64,000 nucleotides of DNA from a virus. Where the stretch lies: positions 88,879 through 152,878 of IMG/VR virus record IMGVR_UViG_3300001199_000005; one strand, given 5' to 3'. Positions 52,101 to 58,690 of this stretch are shown one piece after another. Below the pieces are notes generated by a model that saw only the letters and a list, made by a program, of their open reading frames with translations, did no database searches and had not been told where the DNA came from. The translations under genes and the position numbers were made by a program. The first letter of the stretch is position 1. Each line of letters starts with the position of its first letter.

Positions 52101-52892
52101 GCTTTAATTTACCTACTTGAGAACAAACTAATTAATCAAACTGAGTTTAATTCCTTAGCAGAAACTGTCTATTCAGAAGATGTTGAGGTTGATGGGCCAA
52201 AGATTACTATAAGTAAATACTTTAAAGTTGTTAGTTCTGATAAGGACTATGCAGCTATACCATTTAAATTTATAGGGTATAACAAAAAAGGTGATTATAT
52301 ATTTAAACCGCTAGTCAAGTCATATGCACATCCACTTGATTTTGGTTCAGACTCGAATTTAATTAATAGAAGAAATAATTTAACAAACTCTGAAATTATT
52401 GATACCATCAAAAAAATAGAGGATTTAATCGGCACAATAGATTATACTTTAAATGAAGCTAACAAATCCTTCTCATCTTTTAGTAGTGGAAGGCTTGTAA
52501 TAAATACTGCGTCGGCAACTATTAATACACCTATTACTGAATATGCCCCACTTGTGATTGAGTTAATTTCTAAAGATTCAGAAATATTTAATTCTTTCTA
52601 TATGACAAAAGAACAGCTTTTGGAAAGTATATTTAAAGGAGATAACCAAATAAAGTTGATGAACTCATTACAAAAACTGTTATTTAAAAGTATAAAAGAA
52701 AAAAATAATAAACTGACAGGATTAAGCTTATTAGCCCCAGAAATTAGGTTATCAACACTTATTGAAATAATACACTCATTATCAAATTCTATACCAACCC
52801 ACGTAGAAATGAACAGCACTCCAGTTATAATGCTCGTTGAGAAACTTACTGATGAAGATAAGCTAGACAATTCTTGCGCTAAACCTAATTAA
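40200..52892 (+). CDS. Virion-packaged two-barrel RNA polymerase (single 4230-aa polypeptide) with a zincin domain
   Basis: RIP...GSDSDGD catalytic loop (49431-49445), upstream WDG motif, DNPK motif and zincin RHEAMH...NEMLAE (43428). Confidence 0.85.
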   Translation: MTKNSLLKYKALEEKFLTPCEINYSYKDDIEIMKAYREKIANAHKKAELTEHKLVRDMVASYLLNYVKDMVNFFYTYETSKYIELRKFLETSFGQITGKETLVDKFRSDIITAVYYGLYIPITYDVVHRAEDGIEISVFTSDEELYLKHLFNNFSRYIKDNDGSDLYRLLLLKEDEFTMDKIYELFDITPYNEKQEYSFQAVSVHLVPVDEVPTYKHKVADSFDEATSSVLNTIAKKLMKEGLSEAIKFIPWDATVTIKHKYLNFIYGLAQNIRKARQIRFNKVGKYTNIFGNYLPPELRNVEFASDEYQDYNSRKNSVYTALWRKQHLPGKFAFEIIEDSTLSYDAYVPGRGYLHYSPLVLTYTDGNEKLTLANFLPIYEEALRYYPDTERAEYRQNFIDLYNAVRDYPQNYIMSEDEFRKRYMDTIFLPRLSSYSSPFFITDYERYNTNFLIDTEDTNTGGMTWTPTLTEFRKSFGKSYGISQVYVDTNPESSVSGNEFILYSPFFTSAQIDEMMTVPGKLESITDNKVSLVIEGVRSDKFEKIPGYEPPVDTFYRRMSSYGIGIIFLNRSTELSKIQLTDYFEVTKGITSIFASDDAEATDHGLRKRTLFNHAQSAYIVHNLLETFVKYDPSNLSFFNKKVYEFKKDNIYLPTLLSLEPGYTANAITIDGKNKIIAAAKEMYGAGNYILAERETANAGIFNQIIPYLYVKLFQKDAPGYEIQLKRPNLSYSTAGLVSLKDKSFLRRVSDKHVLNVINNRLNTEPNLTIFIGRTNTEDGVSKEWVTMDVPSDTELVVYSKYTTGFKDHIRKELEKFNTLYQYSSLEYAKEIAHRLYGYLGSVDYKEKNEIVRLNNKLNHAKLFKDEDGKTLKVLSAGVLEASFNKFYQFFATDGGIFSRQILEMFHYLGKIYQIDSRIVEPWALSKVKVTPNIVAISQKVQSTIFGDNIKIADKTYLDIENKLTVLHLPMSPQIGIGFNKAADVKIEEENDISDILNDESLWKQVPIIDIVGLDDSVEEVENVVKDILGTLPEGFTFSESIKDRYTGFNTFGRVAKGIFELASVDGKSSIKIARHEAMHKIVMEILDERSYQKLMNDLKAHYLTKFNKHGSFTQLNEMLAEYFEDYTSPRIFKSVPDSLKSFVQYLYELFLRVKSFFNNEAGLTLIMERANRGFFANQDMSFNRYQEDLFKHSELNIQDDILSRLGLPDLDILQPSYKIALVTNTIQNLRTTAYELVYGAELGKSINWNEAFNVIIEQAREEINSELGKSISDYLLSNVKINLTTAEQTNLVNDTKLFSKYLLARAGEVLKRIAIPYYDFDRKSTKEVLTDTEDLSEEDIETIEENIDETLLLGESPRLVSYNRDKISFKGTLTKKYKDHITTTTYINHLGMTVNVSLEAGLEIMSELLSMSNKVSKYVNNKDTKLTNDTFIKAFEALIIKHAERYRTKSNQEVSLKDAILILKSKSSNKDKQLLSLYTKFADITNKKSWAYAFTKEASALTTSAEVADRIKKQDALTAIVNQLSSMDNKVYNVQRVVEKSQTSKNTSRETNINNYRISRATVIKRFFSVIKLPDETQKVVPNPKITELHDNEFSKLTIGPNNSSLNLSFTAPSFFGISFANHVEPLKLVSNLISLKMVISYEADLKEDARSMVPSVFVFAKGVDSNGKEVSERLVFKETINTKADTSIRLTKSHSLFVPITTYILNNFLGLSLTNNTVNRYLMTNAESTLMGPINASIFLAAYYQQSKDKDVSKFRNFPMVKAIAEANLDITSEFYPGIDNLISEELPSPSGRSFGTFYDTITSMEFDKSTAKRNSVLRAYDGSKHPSAGLHTNFSKNINAGENFIQKIDEASSEAGVSLTEVTADELQDEIKLSSEELAELTKTKKIASRKDNIYNIAHTERPFEFNPFFRSPFYLDKLDIHNKVSIKFIENPITRASRSVHEMTKQDKYYNFLRTFFESSQGAISQLHENYTHIVEVQADREEFYGVSINKKYLRASGKGLINENLEATQMISQIFHQSSFEGYYVVQELLKALNSLELIKKEGAKKRTQGEIKIDNFNKAFEQIQRKFKILENLDKQLYSRNTNVAKNNRELRRNNLRLMIQRLFNNIDSELDGLLKASTNSRDVLNRVETPRIITNVSVTKNGITTKRLGVSPLLKYDLNLTEEEFNNSINDKILRFVVDMHNTMGFIPLYDKRVSVLANYPSAEFTTKFSKSVKEPFKKAVVEQTFFSDDILTKAKEDIENYLNVLTNEEKAKLVKEEIHPAIYDMYITYLINDNALNFLQIGSKYGYKQQSSYTEVDVQVGNELVTKIMPISEHETMVDLTKRLNGNTSPFISGQHFAVHRYKVRGVEVVEVVNDRAIEDENKTVIITDPLFDFEKEALDTLPFLIEAHLDDYLEIVNKNPDMGVLAQYLVSGFANNWETIPADIKARLILIAQELHKIKPWDGMVFKTFLGANLGRNSYGAQEGINQGPFEKNSYYDQNRKKNTVFYLKALTQILGVQQFLNGSETLRNWYKLSIGAGKLTDIVDYDWNLTTLSQTKVAPRNKTMFDVFMLRLTEALNNNPDIAVDDLKKIEDYVTEVYIDIRRKTVAILANNGTIPLDLNGYLLPDEKSPYGYSQPIHTIDPLSSVKLGNIIRNDYDQLADPTKHDSLNTFVYKMSSGGYILDLTKDLSEHETDIALSTQLLQVVGLMDESNVFDTLEVYELIAEIARTTREKVIKDIDDYAVEHGLNEKEGLRSFLKATLSESLEHRGELTQSYATASDKNSSASLPLLSRDLLNNLTTAINSGIRLRVKGFKGIQLSGHNLIPVYEDANGLIYTGLDLIRAQKRLEKVGKSFDFGVVKARNLKYSYIKDGVKVPTEVLTPRPYLVSGHYKLNKESFRDIYTINVNINGQLSGFEYAKFSEEHMMVFLTTFAESINWEKSPILKALIQVEVENLKQHTQEELSNQLHKAKKKLDNAIKDNDNNKVNRLIREIDNLERALLGKFSDIGMLATALYTGAADNSTMTPELEDAILEVMSDLAKASKGIFSRIPGTGKNSSEIFQIVGYIDSNANGVYVPALWLGISGSDSDGDSLQMWQYDVNKDVNNLENSVFNFVYKILSKGVNAIEFYSSISTESTEKRAKLEASKISNNFFKTSTLFLSDIFSRVSASINNGTGTLTTGAVALQLAAFSSAYQTRVLIEKHIKELDSLSNPSKEDIELSSQLTSILHSTLTLLRNEETGNIAPKYDRVGKPNHKWIETFLNSSIDNPKILALGALGINIENVDIEAIMSFNGISENDIMDFFTNPLVKEIFSKYSKKSGIEKRSNFGLMAYLRRDSLINAGFGASKVINGMNISTNAELDTEATEYYSAIISKLRESNIDPGTYLESDVPKQDKLKLISAIILTMVKQRANYRSILNVRKSTYGITGDITMQPFQLNTIMMGYGFSDKAKLYDVLTQVSEVHRFNTKLRRLKNLSINKKEDYKKSFSRFNEELQQIANQYINDLISKRDVEVPIVSPLSISSISDILLQNDKGFDGFLVAIHSPHLIETALTHLIFDNYRDAILLYSSPILAIKDFLLHKVFSKYGDKIFKYKNVDSILEAFLASEYLNKGGIDDSPITINLLGKSYNLSKAADVDSFKKQLLIELVKIRNLKNTNLAFLEHLIVADNIKFLNVSEIDVDMFIMQEFNNLANFRISSKDSHNLAELLFYYTLLEYGPTFKEGSFIKFIGPRFTQEFSAFITKLNNLTDDGNLPFTLERIEQLMDKLAYTQASYLSTINKKLTEKIPITSELSERKSRSMYSDMFGGVTEYFDTYTVSRVVTSGKGKSEKKKPVILHEFEPVNKFSVIITRIRNKLKDDELTIKRIKQNNRAIDKLIREEGLERVIESSIKELEKLTTKKEKLAASKAKEATIIRKTREYDIKETTLKNAYENANKRLLDLSTRKEFIDISNYDKAKITLRSISTKVMSGTYTNEALIYLLENKLINQTEFNSLAETVYSEDVEVDGPKITISKYFKVVSSDKDYAAIPFKFIGYNKKGDYIFKPLVKSYAHPLDFGSDSNLINRRNNLTNSEIIDTIKKIEDLIGTIDYTLNEANKSFSSFSSGRLVINTASATINTPITEYAPLVIELISKDSEIFNSFYMTKEQLLESIFKGDNQIKLMNSLQKLLFKSIKEKNNKLTGLSLLAPEIRLSTLIEIIHSLSNSIPTHVEMNSTPVIMLVEKLTDEDKLDNSCAKPN

Positions 52893-52897
52893 AAAAA

Positions 52898-55800
52898 ATG
52901 AACTGTTTAACACAAAAAAACTTTACCGCACCATCTGAAGAATCAGGCTATAAAAGATATGGGTCATTTGATATGTTTGAGGAATTAAAAACCTTATTCC
53001 CTTTAAACCAAGCACTACATTACTTTGATACTATAAGTTCAAAGAAATTTACTGATTGGGCCATCTCTACTGACGCTTTAATTCAACTTGAAGCAAACTT
53101 AGATAACGCCTTAGAAATTAAATTCAAAACAAGAAACGGACAAGAAGGAAAGTTTAATTCTTTTGAAACTCCTTATATTATCAGTGACCTAGTAGAAGAA
53201 TTTGAGAGTATTGGGCAACCAGAATTAGACCTTTTAGTTAAGCAATTTAGCTCTAAATTAGGCGTAGATGTAAAAATTATTGATGACCCTAAAAAGGAAG
53301 CAGGTTGGTTTTTAGGCAATACAGTATTTTTAAATAAGAACAAACTTAATGCTAGTATTTTATTCCATGAGTTTTCACACCCACTAGTTGCAGCAATTTA
53401 TAAGCATAAAAACGAATTATTTACCACTTTATACAAAGAAGCAACCAAAACCACTTGGGGTAGAAAGATAGAGCAAGAAGTTAAAGAAGACTCTTATTAC
53501 ACCAATCAAACAAAGCCTTCACAAGAGCAAGAAGTTTTAGTTAGAATATTAGGTGAATTAAGTAAACGAGATAAATATTCTAATAAATTCTTAAACGCTA
53601 TTGCAGAATTTGTAGAATATATAAGAAGTTTATTTATCAGTGAAAATACTAATATAGGCACATTAGGACTTGATGCTAGTTTATATGACATTTTAAGGAT
53701 TCTGAAACACTCTAAAAAAATATACACACACCCAACTGGCAATTTTGCAACTTTTGTTAAAATTCAAGAAATCCCTTATCTATCAGAAGTCTATCCGAAC
53801 TCACAACCCGATGATTATATATACCGCTCAGAAGGAACTATAATAGTAGCTAGAAAAAATAAGAAAGATAGGTTAGAAGTTACATATTGGAACAAAATAG
53901 AGGATGGTATAACTGATTTAGTTTTTAATAAATCTATAATACTAAATAAAGATTTAGAAAAAGCATTAGAAACAGTCAATCAGTTATCAGTATTTGTTGA
54001 TGATTCTATGTTTTGGGCCCCCTTCCGTACAAAATTTACACAAGCAGTAGTACTAAGCAACAAAGCTACAAGTATTGAGGACTTTGCTAATATGTTATTT
54101 CCTCCAAAAGACAGTATTACTGATGAAGTAATAGATTCTCTTGGTATATTAACACTGGTAAAAAGAGTTGGTAATTCATTAGTAGTGCCAGTTTACACAC
54201 TAGAAAATAATATTTTAAGTAAAGAAGAAGTAACCTATTCAATTAATTTAACACCCACAGTAGAACAATCTATCAGGAATATCATTAAACAAAATGAGGT
54301 TGTTAAAAAACAGTATTTTGAATATTTAACTTCTCTAGCTAAAAGTGATATAACACAAATATCAGACAAAGGAAGATTAGAGGGCGCTCTACATAAATAT
54401 TTTGAAGATATTACAGAACCATTAGAATCCATATCTCCTGAGTTTGATAGTCTTGGTATAAAAACTACTAAAGTAGGTAAAAATACTATGATTATGGTGG
54501 AAGAATACCAAAGTGATATTATTGTCAATTCAGGAAGTAGTCAAACAAATTTAGCTAAGTCGTTATTAAATATGGATAAAGATGACCAAACATTTTATAA
54601 CTACTACTTCAAAAATAATCAAGCATCTAGGCGTGACTTTTTTATTGCATTGGCTATATTACAATTACAGCAACGTAATCCTGACATTCAAATTGATGGT
54701 ATAAGGGTTTTAAGCAGCGAGGGTGCAGTTTACAGACCATTGGTATTTGAAGTTGTTTCATCTATTAAAATGTTCCAAGATGAAAGATTAGAAGAATATG
54801 TTCCAGACGATTTAAAGAACTTACTAAATACAACAAACTTTAAAAAAGCTTTTGACCAAACAGCAGTTAATAGTCTGGAGTACTTTTTAGAAGTAAAAGA
54901 TACTGAGCATACAGAAAGTAATTCTGCGTTGTTAGATATTATTAAAACTAGTAATTTAGAAGAAATAAGAGAAGCTATTAAAAATAAGCTTAAGTCACTC
55001 TATAAGGTGTTAGCTGTTGATGGTATCAACCCTTCAACCTTTTATTGGGAAGCGCCAGACCATCCCTTATATCCTTTACTTATGGTTTTAACACGAGCTT
55101 ACCATGAAATAGAAAGAATGGAAGAGGGTGTGGACTTGCGCCATTTGAATAATAGAATGCACTTAACGACTATTGAAAGCTATACTAAAGATGCAGGAAG
55201 TTATATTGACCCAAAAATTAATTGGGTTTTAGGTAATATTAGGTCAATTCTAAATAGTGTACGTGAATATATTTTAACAGATTATAAAAATAGAAGAGAA
55301 GCTATTTTTAAAAAATTCTTTGATACTGTTAACACCAGAACATTAGGGGAAACTATTATTAGAGTGGATTCACAAATTTACTCCAATCTATTCCAAACAA
55401 TGGATATGTTGATAGCAGAGAACAACGTGCACCCAGATAAATGGAAAACTAAAAAAACACCAATAATGGCGCTAAAAGAAGTTGATGATAAAACATTAAG
55501 TTCTACAGAAAGGGAATTTTTAATATCTTTTTATGAGCTTATGGATAAAGAAGTCGAAAGATTAGTAACAGCTCACTTTAACAATATTGGTAACCCTGGA
55601 TTAATTTCTGATTTTATGAACAATAAATACCGACCAAATAGGCATTTATTGCCAGTACTAAAAGGTGGTAGAATTGAAAATCTATTAAAAAATGGACTAG
55701 GCGCTGCATTAGACCAATTATTATTAGAAGATTTAGAGTTTGAAACTACAGGTTATTTAAAAGGTAATTACGGCTTAGAGGCATTAGATTTACTTATGCC

Positions 55801-57406
55801 TCAAATACCGCAAAACGACACTAATATTAGTAGATTATTTGGTTCTGAACAACGTATGAGAGCGCTTGGTATTAGCCAATTAAATGGAAAATATATCATT
55901 GAAAATCTTGCAGATAATAATAGATTAACATTTGACTTACAGTTTATTATAGATTACTTTGCTTATCAAAGTGCAAAATCTTCAACAAGACCGGAAATGC
56001 TTACAGCTTATCTTTCTGGAAGACTACTAATGCTAGCAGCTGAGGCAGAAAAAAGAAATTATAGTAAAGCCGATATTTCAGCGGGAAGAGACGCGCTAGA
56101 TAGTATGGTTGCACGATTATTAAATAATGAACGTACATCAATAATAGCTGGACATGATACAGATATTGGAAAATTAGCAGACTTTGTTAGACGTACAACA
56201 ACTGCAATGGCGCTTAGTTTTAATATAGCCTCACCATTATTAGCTCTTTCTAGTGGTTTTTTTGGATTACTAACTAATACTTCAGTAAATAGATTTGGTG
56301 ATGCTTTCTTTGGATTCAATGATTTAGGTTCAGCAGTTAGCTTTCTTGCTTCCAGTCCAAAAAAATTCTTTAACTTAATTGATAAGTTTTTTGCTATTAA
56401 TGAAGGTGATGATACATCAATTATGTTTGATGATTTTCATAAAACCAAATCAACTGGAGAGTATGAAACTAGGTTTGCTACAAAGACACCTATGATGTTG
56501 TTGAGAATGGCTGATAGAATCTCTAAAGGAGTGGTTTTAGTAGCTCAATTATATAAAGATAATTTATTCGCAAACATAGTATTTGAAGATGATGGGCAAA
56601 TATGGTATGATTGGTCTAAGGATAACAGACCTACTCCAATAATACAACATTTAAAAAAGCAAGCTAAGAAATGGAACAGATTAACTAATGATGAAGGCTT
56701 TCCAAGAATTCCTTATGATGATAGGACATTAATGGCTTTAGAATTGATTAGTACCAAACTGTTTGGTACAATTAGTGATAATACTAAAAATAGAGGTTTT
56801 AACAATCCTATTTTTCAAGCAGTTTTATCAATGAGGACTTGGGTTTTAGGAAAGTTTGATGATGTTTTTAGTAGAAAGTATGTTAATGAAAATATAGCAA
56901 CTAATAGTGTAGATGAGGATAATAATTTTACTTTAAATATGATGACAGTAAGTGGTGTAGGGCTATCTTCTTTAAAAGCTGTAAAAGCTTTTTTCTATGC
57001 AATGCAGGTATACAGCCAAACAAGTAAATGGGAATTTAGTAAATATAGTAACTTAGATAAAACAGAAGTAACTAATTTAAAAAAATTAGGTGTAGATATA
57101 ATAACTTGGGGAATAATGACTATCATGTATTCAGGACTAATTAGTTTACTTACAGATGAAAAAGATGAAAGAAGAAACCGCAAATTAATGTATTTAAAGT
57201 TTATGATACTAGATATTGTTGCTGCTTATAATATGCATGATTATCTTGACGCAATAACGCCAATATTTGTTACAAAGATATTAAAAGTTGGTGATGCAAC
57301 TATTGATTTAATAACATTACAAGAAGGTTCTATAACAAAAGCTATTAAGACAACTAGTTTTGGTAATACATCTATTAGTATATATGAAGCATTAAACGAA
57401 AAATAA
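52898..57406 (+). CDS. Giant ejection protein with an N-terminal zincin metalloprotease and C-terminal hydrophobic helices
   Basis: FHEFSHP...QEVLVR zincin; hydrophobic segments ASPLLALSSGFFGLL and IITWGIMTIMYSGLISLL. Confidence 0.7.
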   Translation: MNCLTQKNFTAPSEESGYKRYGSFDMFEELKTLFPLNQALHYFDTISSKKFTDWAISTDALIQLEANLDNALEIKFKTRNGQEGKFNSFETPYIISDLVEEFESIGQPELDLLVKQFSSKLGVDVKIIDDPKKEAGWFLGNTVFLNKNKLNASILFHEFSHPLVAAIYKHKNELFTTLYKEATKTTWGRKIEQEVKEDSYYTNQTKPSQEQEVLVRILGELSKRDKYSNKFLNAIAEFVEYIRSLFISENTNIGTLGLDASLYDILRILKHSKKIYTHPTGNFATFVKIQEIPYLSEVYPNSQPDDYIYRSEGTIIVARKNKKDRLEVTYWNKIEDGITDLVFNKSIILNKDLEKALETVNQLSVFVDDSMFWAPFRTKFTQAVVLSNKATSIEDFANMLFPPKDSITDEVIDSLGILTLVKRVGNSLVVPVYTLENNILSKEEVTYSINLTPTVEQSIRNIIKQNEVVKKQYFEYLTSLAKSDITQISDKGRLEGALHKYFEDITEPLESISPEFDSLGIKTTKVGKNTMIMVEEYQSDIIVNSGSSQTNLAKSLLNMDKDDQTFYNYYFKNNQASRRDFFIALAILQLQQRNPDIQIDGIRVLSSEGAVYRPLVFEVVSSIKMFQDERLEEYVPDDLKNLLNTTNFKKAFDQTAVNSLEYFLEVKDTEHTESNSALLDIIKTSNLEEIREAIKNKLKSLYKVLAVDGINPSTFYWEAPDHPLYPLLMVLTRAYHEIERMEEGVDLRHLNNRMHLTTIESYTKDAGSYIDPKINWVLGNIRSILNSVREYILTDYKNRREAIFKKFFDTVNTRTLGETIIRVDSQIYSNLFQTMDMLIAENNVHPDKWKTKKTPIMALKEVDDKTLSSTEREFLISFYELMDKEVERLVTAHFNNIGNPGLISDFMNNKYRPNRHLLPVLKGGRIENLLKNGLGAALDQLLLEDLEFETTGYLKGNYGLEALDLLMPQIPQNDTNISRLFGSEQRMRALGISQLNGKYIIENLADNNRLTFDLQFIIDYFAYQSAKSSTRPEMLTAYLSGRLLMLAAEAEKRNYSKADISAGRDALDSMVARLLNNERTSIIAGHDTDIGKLADFVRRTTTAMALSFNIASPLLALSSGFFGLLTNTSVNRFGDAFFGFNDLGSAVSFLASSPKKFFNLIDKFFAINEGDDTSIMFDDFHKTKSTGEYETRFATKTPMMLLRMADRISKGVVLVAQLYKDNLFANIVFEDDGQIWYDWSKDNRPTPIIQHLKKQAKKWNRLTNDEGFPRIPYDDRTLMALELISTKLFGTISDNTKNRGFNNPIFQAVLSMRTWVLGKFDDVFSRKYVNENIATNSVDEDNNFTLNMMTVSGVGLSSLKAVKAFFYAMQVYSQTSKWEFSKYSNLDKTEVTNLKKLGVDIITWGIMTIMYSGLISLLTDEKDERRNRKLMYLKFMILDIVAAYNMHDYLDAITPIFVTKILKVGDATIDLITLQEGSITKAIKTTSFGNTSISIYEALNEK

Positions 57407-57408
57407 CG

Positions 57409-57447
57409 AAAAAAAGAAGGGGGAACTTGTATGCTCCCCCTTTTTAA
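57409..57447. terminator. Bidirectional intrinsic terminator between convergent gene blocks
   Basis: A-run, AAGGGGGA-(10 nt)-TCCCCCTT, T-run, lying between the stops at 57406 (+) and 57448 (-). Confidence 0.8.
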
Positions 57448-57924
57448 TTACTTACCAGTAGAACCAAATCCACCGCCTCTATCGTCCTTATCTAATTTTT
57501 CTTTAAATTCCCAATTAACATCAATTCTTGGCATTAATATTACTTGAAAATACCTTTCACCCGCCTTTAATATTAATTCATCTAAAGACATATTAATAAC
57601 AACTGCTTTTAATGCGCCTCTATATCTTGGGTCAATAACACCTATTGAGTTACAGAGCATTAAGCCTGTATTAGCTCCTGTTGAACTACGTTCAACCAGC
57701 ATAATCCAATAATCTTTAGGTATTTCCATTTTAATCTCTAAATCAATGACCTTTTTTTCAAAAGGCTGTATTCTGATTTCTTCTGGAAGTATTACATCAT
57801 AACCTACATCAGTAGGGTCTTTTTTGTTAGGAGAGACTGGGGTATTATTATAGTAAATTGTCAGCATTTTTGATTGGGGTGTAAATTTGTCTTTCCACTC
57901 TTTAAATAAATTCTTTTTTTCCAT
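57448..57924 (-). CDS. dut: Trimeric dUTPase
   Basis: Motifs GYDV, ERSS, GVIDPRYRG, RYFQ and RGGGFGSTG. Confidence 0.95.
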   Translation of the reverse strand: MEKKNLFKEWKDKFTPQSKMLTIYYNNTPVSPNKKDPTDVGYDVILPEEIRIQPFEKKVIDLEIKMEIPKDYWIMLVERSSTGANTGLMLCNSIGVIDPRYRGALKAVVINMSLDELILKAGERYFQVILMPRIDVNWEFKEKLDKDDRGGGFGSTGK

Positions 57925-58673
57925 TAGTTTAAATAAGGAGTTATTAAGTCATAAATCATACAAGTAGTTTCATACTTACCCATTACATTTTTGTTATTAG
58001 TAAGGTTTTGAGTAATAGCGTTAAAGAAAGTAAAGAAATTAGTTTCCTTATTTGCTACAAAGTAAGGTGATGCCTGATTATGATACATTGATTCATAAGC
58101 TTTTATTAACCATGATGGATTAATAGTATATTCTATGTTGCCTACGTTAATAACACTAGACAAAGATTTGTCTACCATTTCACCTAAGATTCTTTTCCTA
58201 TCTACTGTCTTTATTACTGAATCTTTTAACTTAGTAATTTTATCGTCATAGCCTATTGTTAAATCTTTAAGCTCATCAACAGCTTTATAATCTAAGGCTG
58301 CTATTGATTGTACTATAAGATAATCATACTCAAATACTGTTAAGTTGGTACAAGCCTTATTAATCAGACCTTTATAAAATTTAACAATAGGGTGCTGAAT
58401 ATCAAGACCGTATAACATTGAAATAACTTCTTCGTGCCCTTCTACCTGGTTTCCAGGCAACACAGCTTCAATCAGTACTCTATTAAATACTCTATCTCGT
58501 CCTTCAGTAATACTCAACTGATTGGGCATTACGGCTCTAATCCTAAAATCATTAGTTAAACCTTTCATCTTATTGACAAAAGGTTCTACTAATTCTTTTG
58601 AAGATGGAAACTCTTTAGTTTTTATTACAGTTTTTTTACCTTCGTAAAGGTCTTCAAGTTTTATTTTTTCCAT
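57924..58673 (-). CDS. DUF932/DUF945-like protein
   Basis: 249 aa with ...KFYKGLINKACTNL and a C-terminal FFNAITQ helix, recalled as DUF932-like. Confidence 0.45.
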   Translation of the reverse strand: MEKIKLEDLYEGKKTVIKTKEFPSSKELVEPFVNKMKGLTNDFRIRAVMPNQLSITEGRDRVFNRVLIEAVLPGNQVEGHEEVISMLYGLDIQHPIVKFYKGLINKACTNLTVFEYDYLIVQSIAALDYKAVDELKDLTIGYDDKITKLKDSVIKTVDRKRILGEMVDKSLSSVINVGNIEYTINPSWLIKAYESMYHNQASPYFVANKETNFFTFFNAITQNLTNNKNVMGKYETTCMIYDLITPYLN

Positions 58674-58690
58674 TATTTATGTTTTTATTA

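Noticed and set aside
561-57183. Many short - strand ORFs in the track within the + strand block
   Set aside because: They are antisense shadows of long coding genes, with no motifs or independent expression signals.
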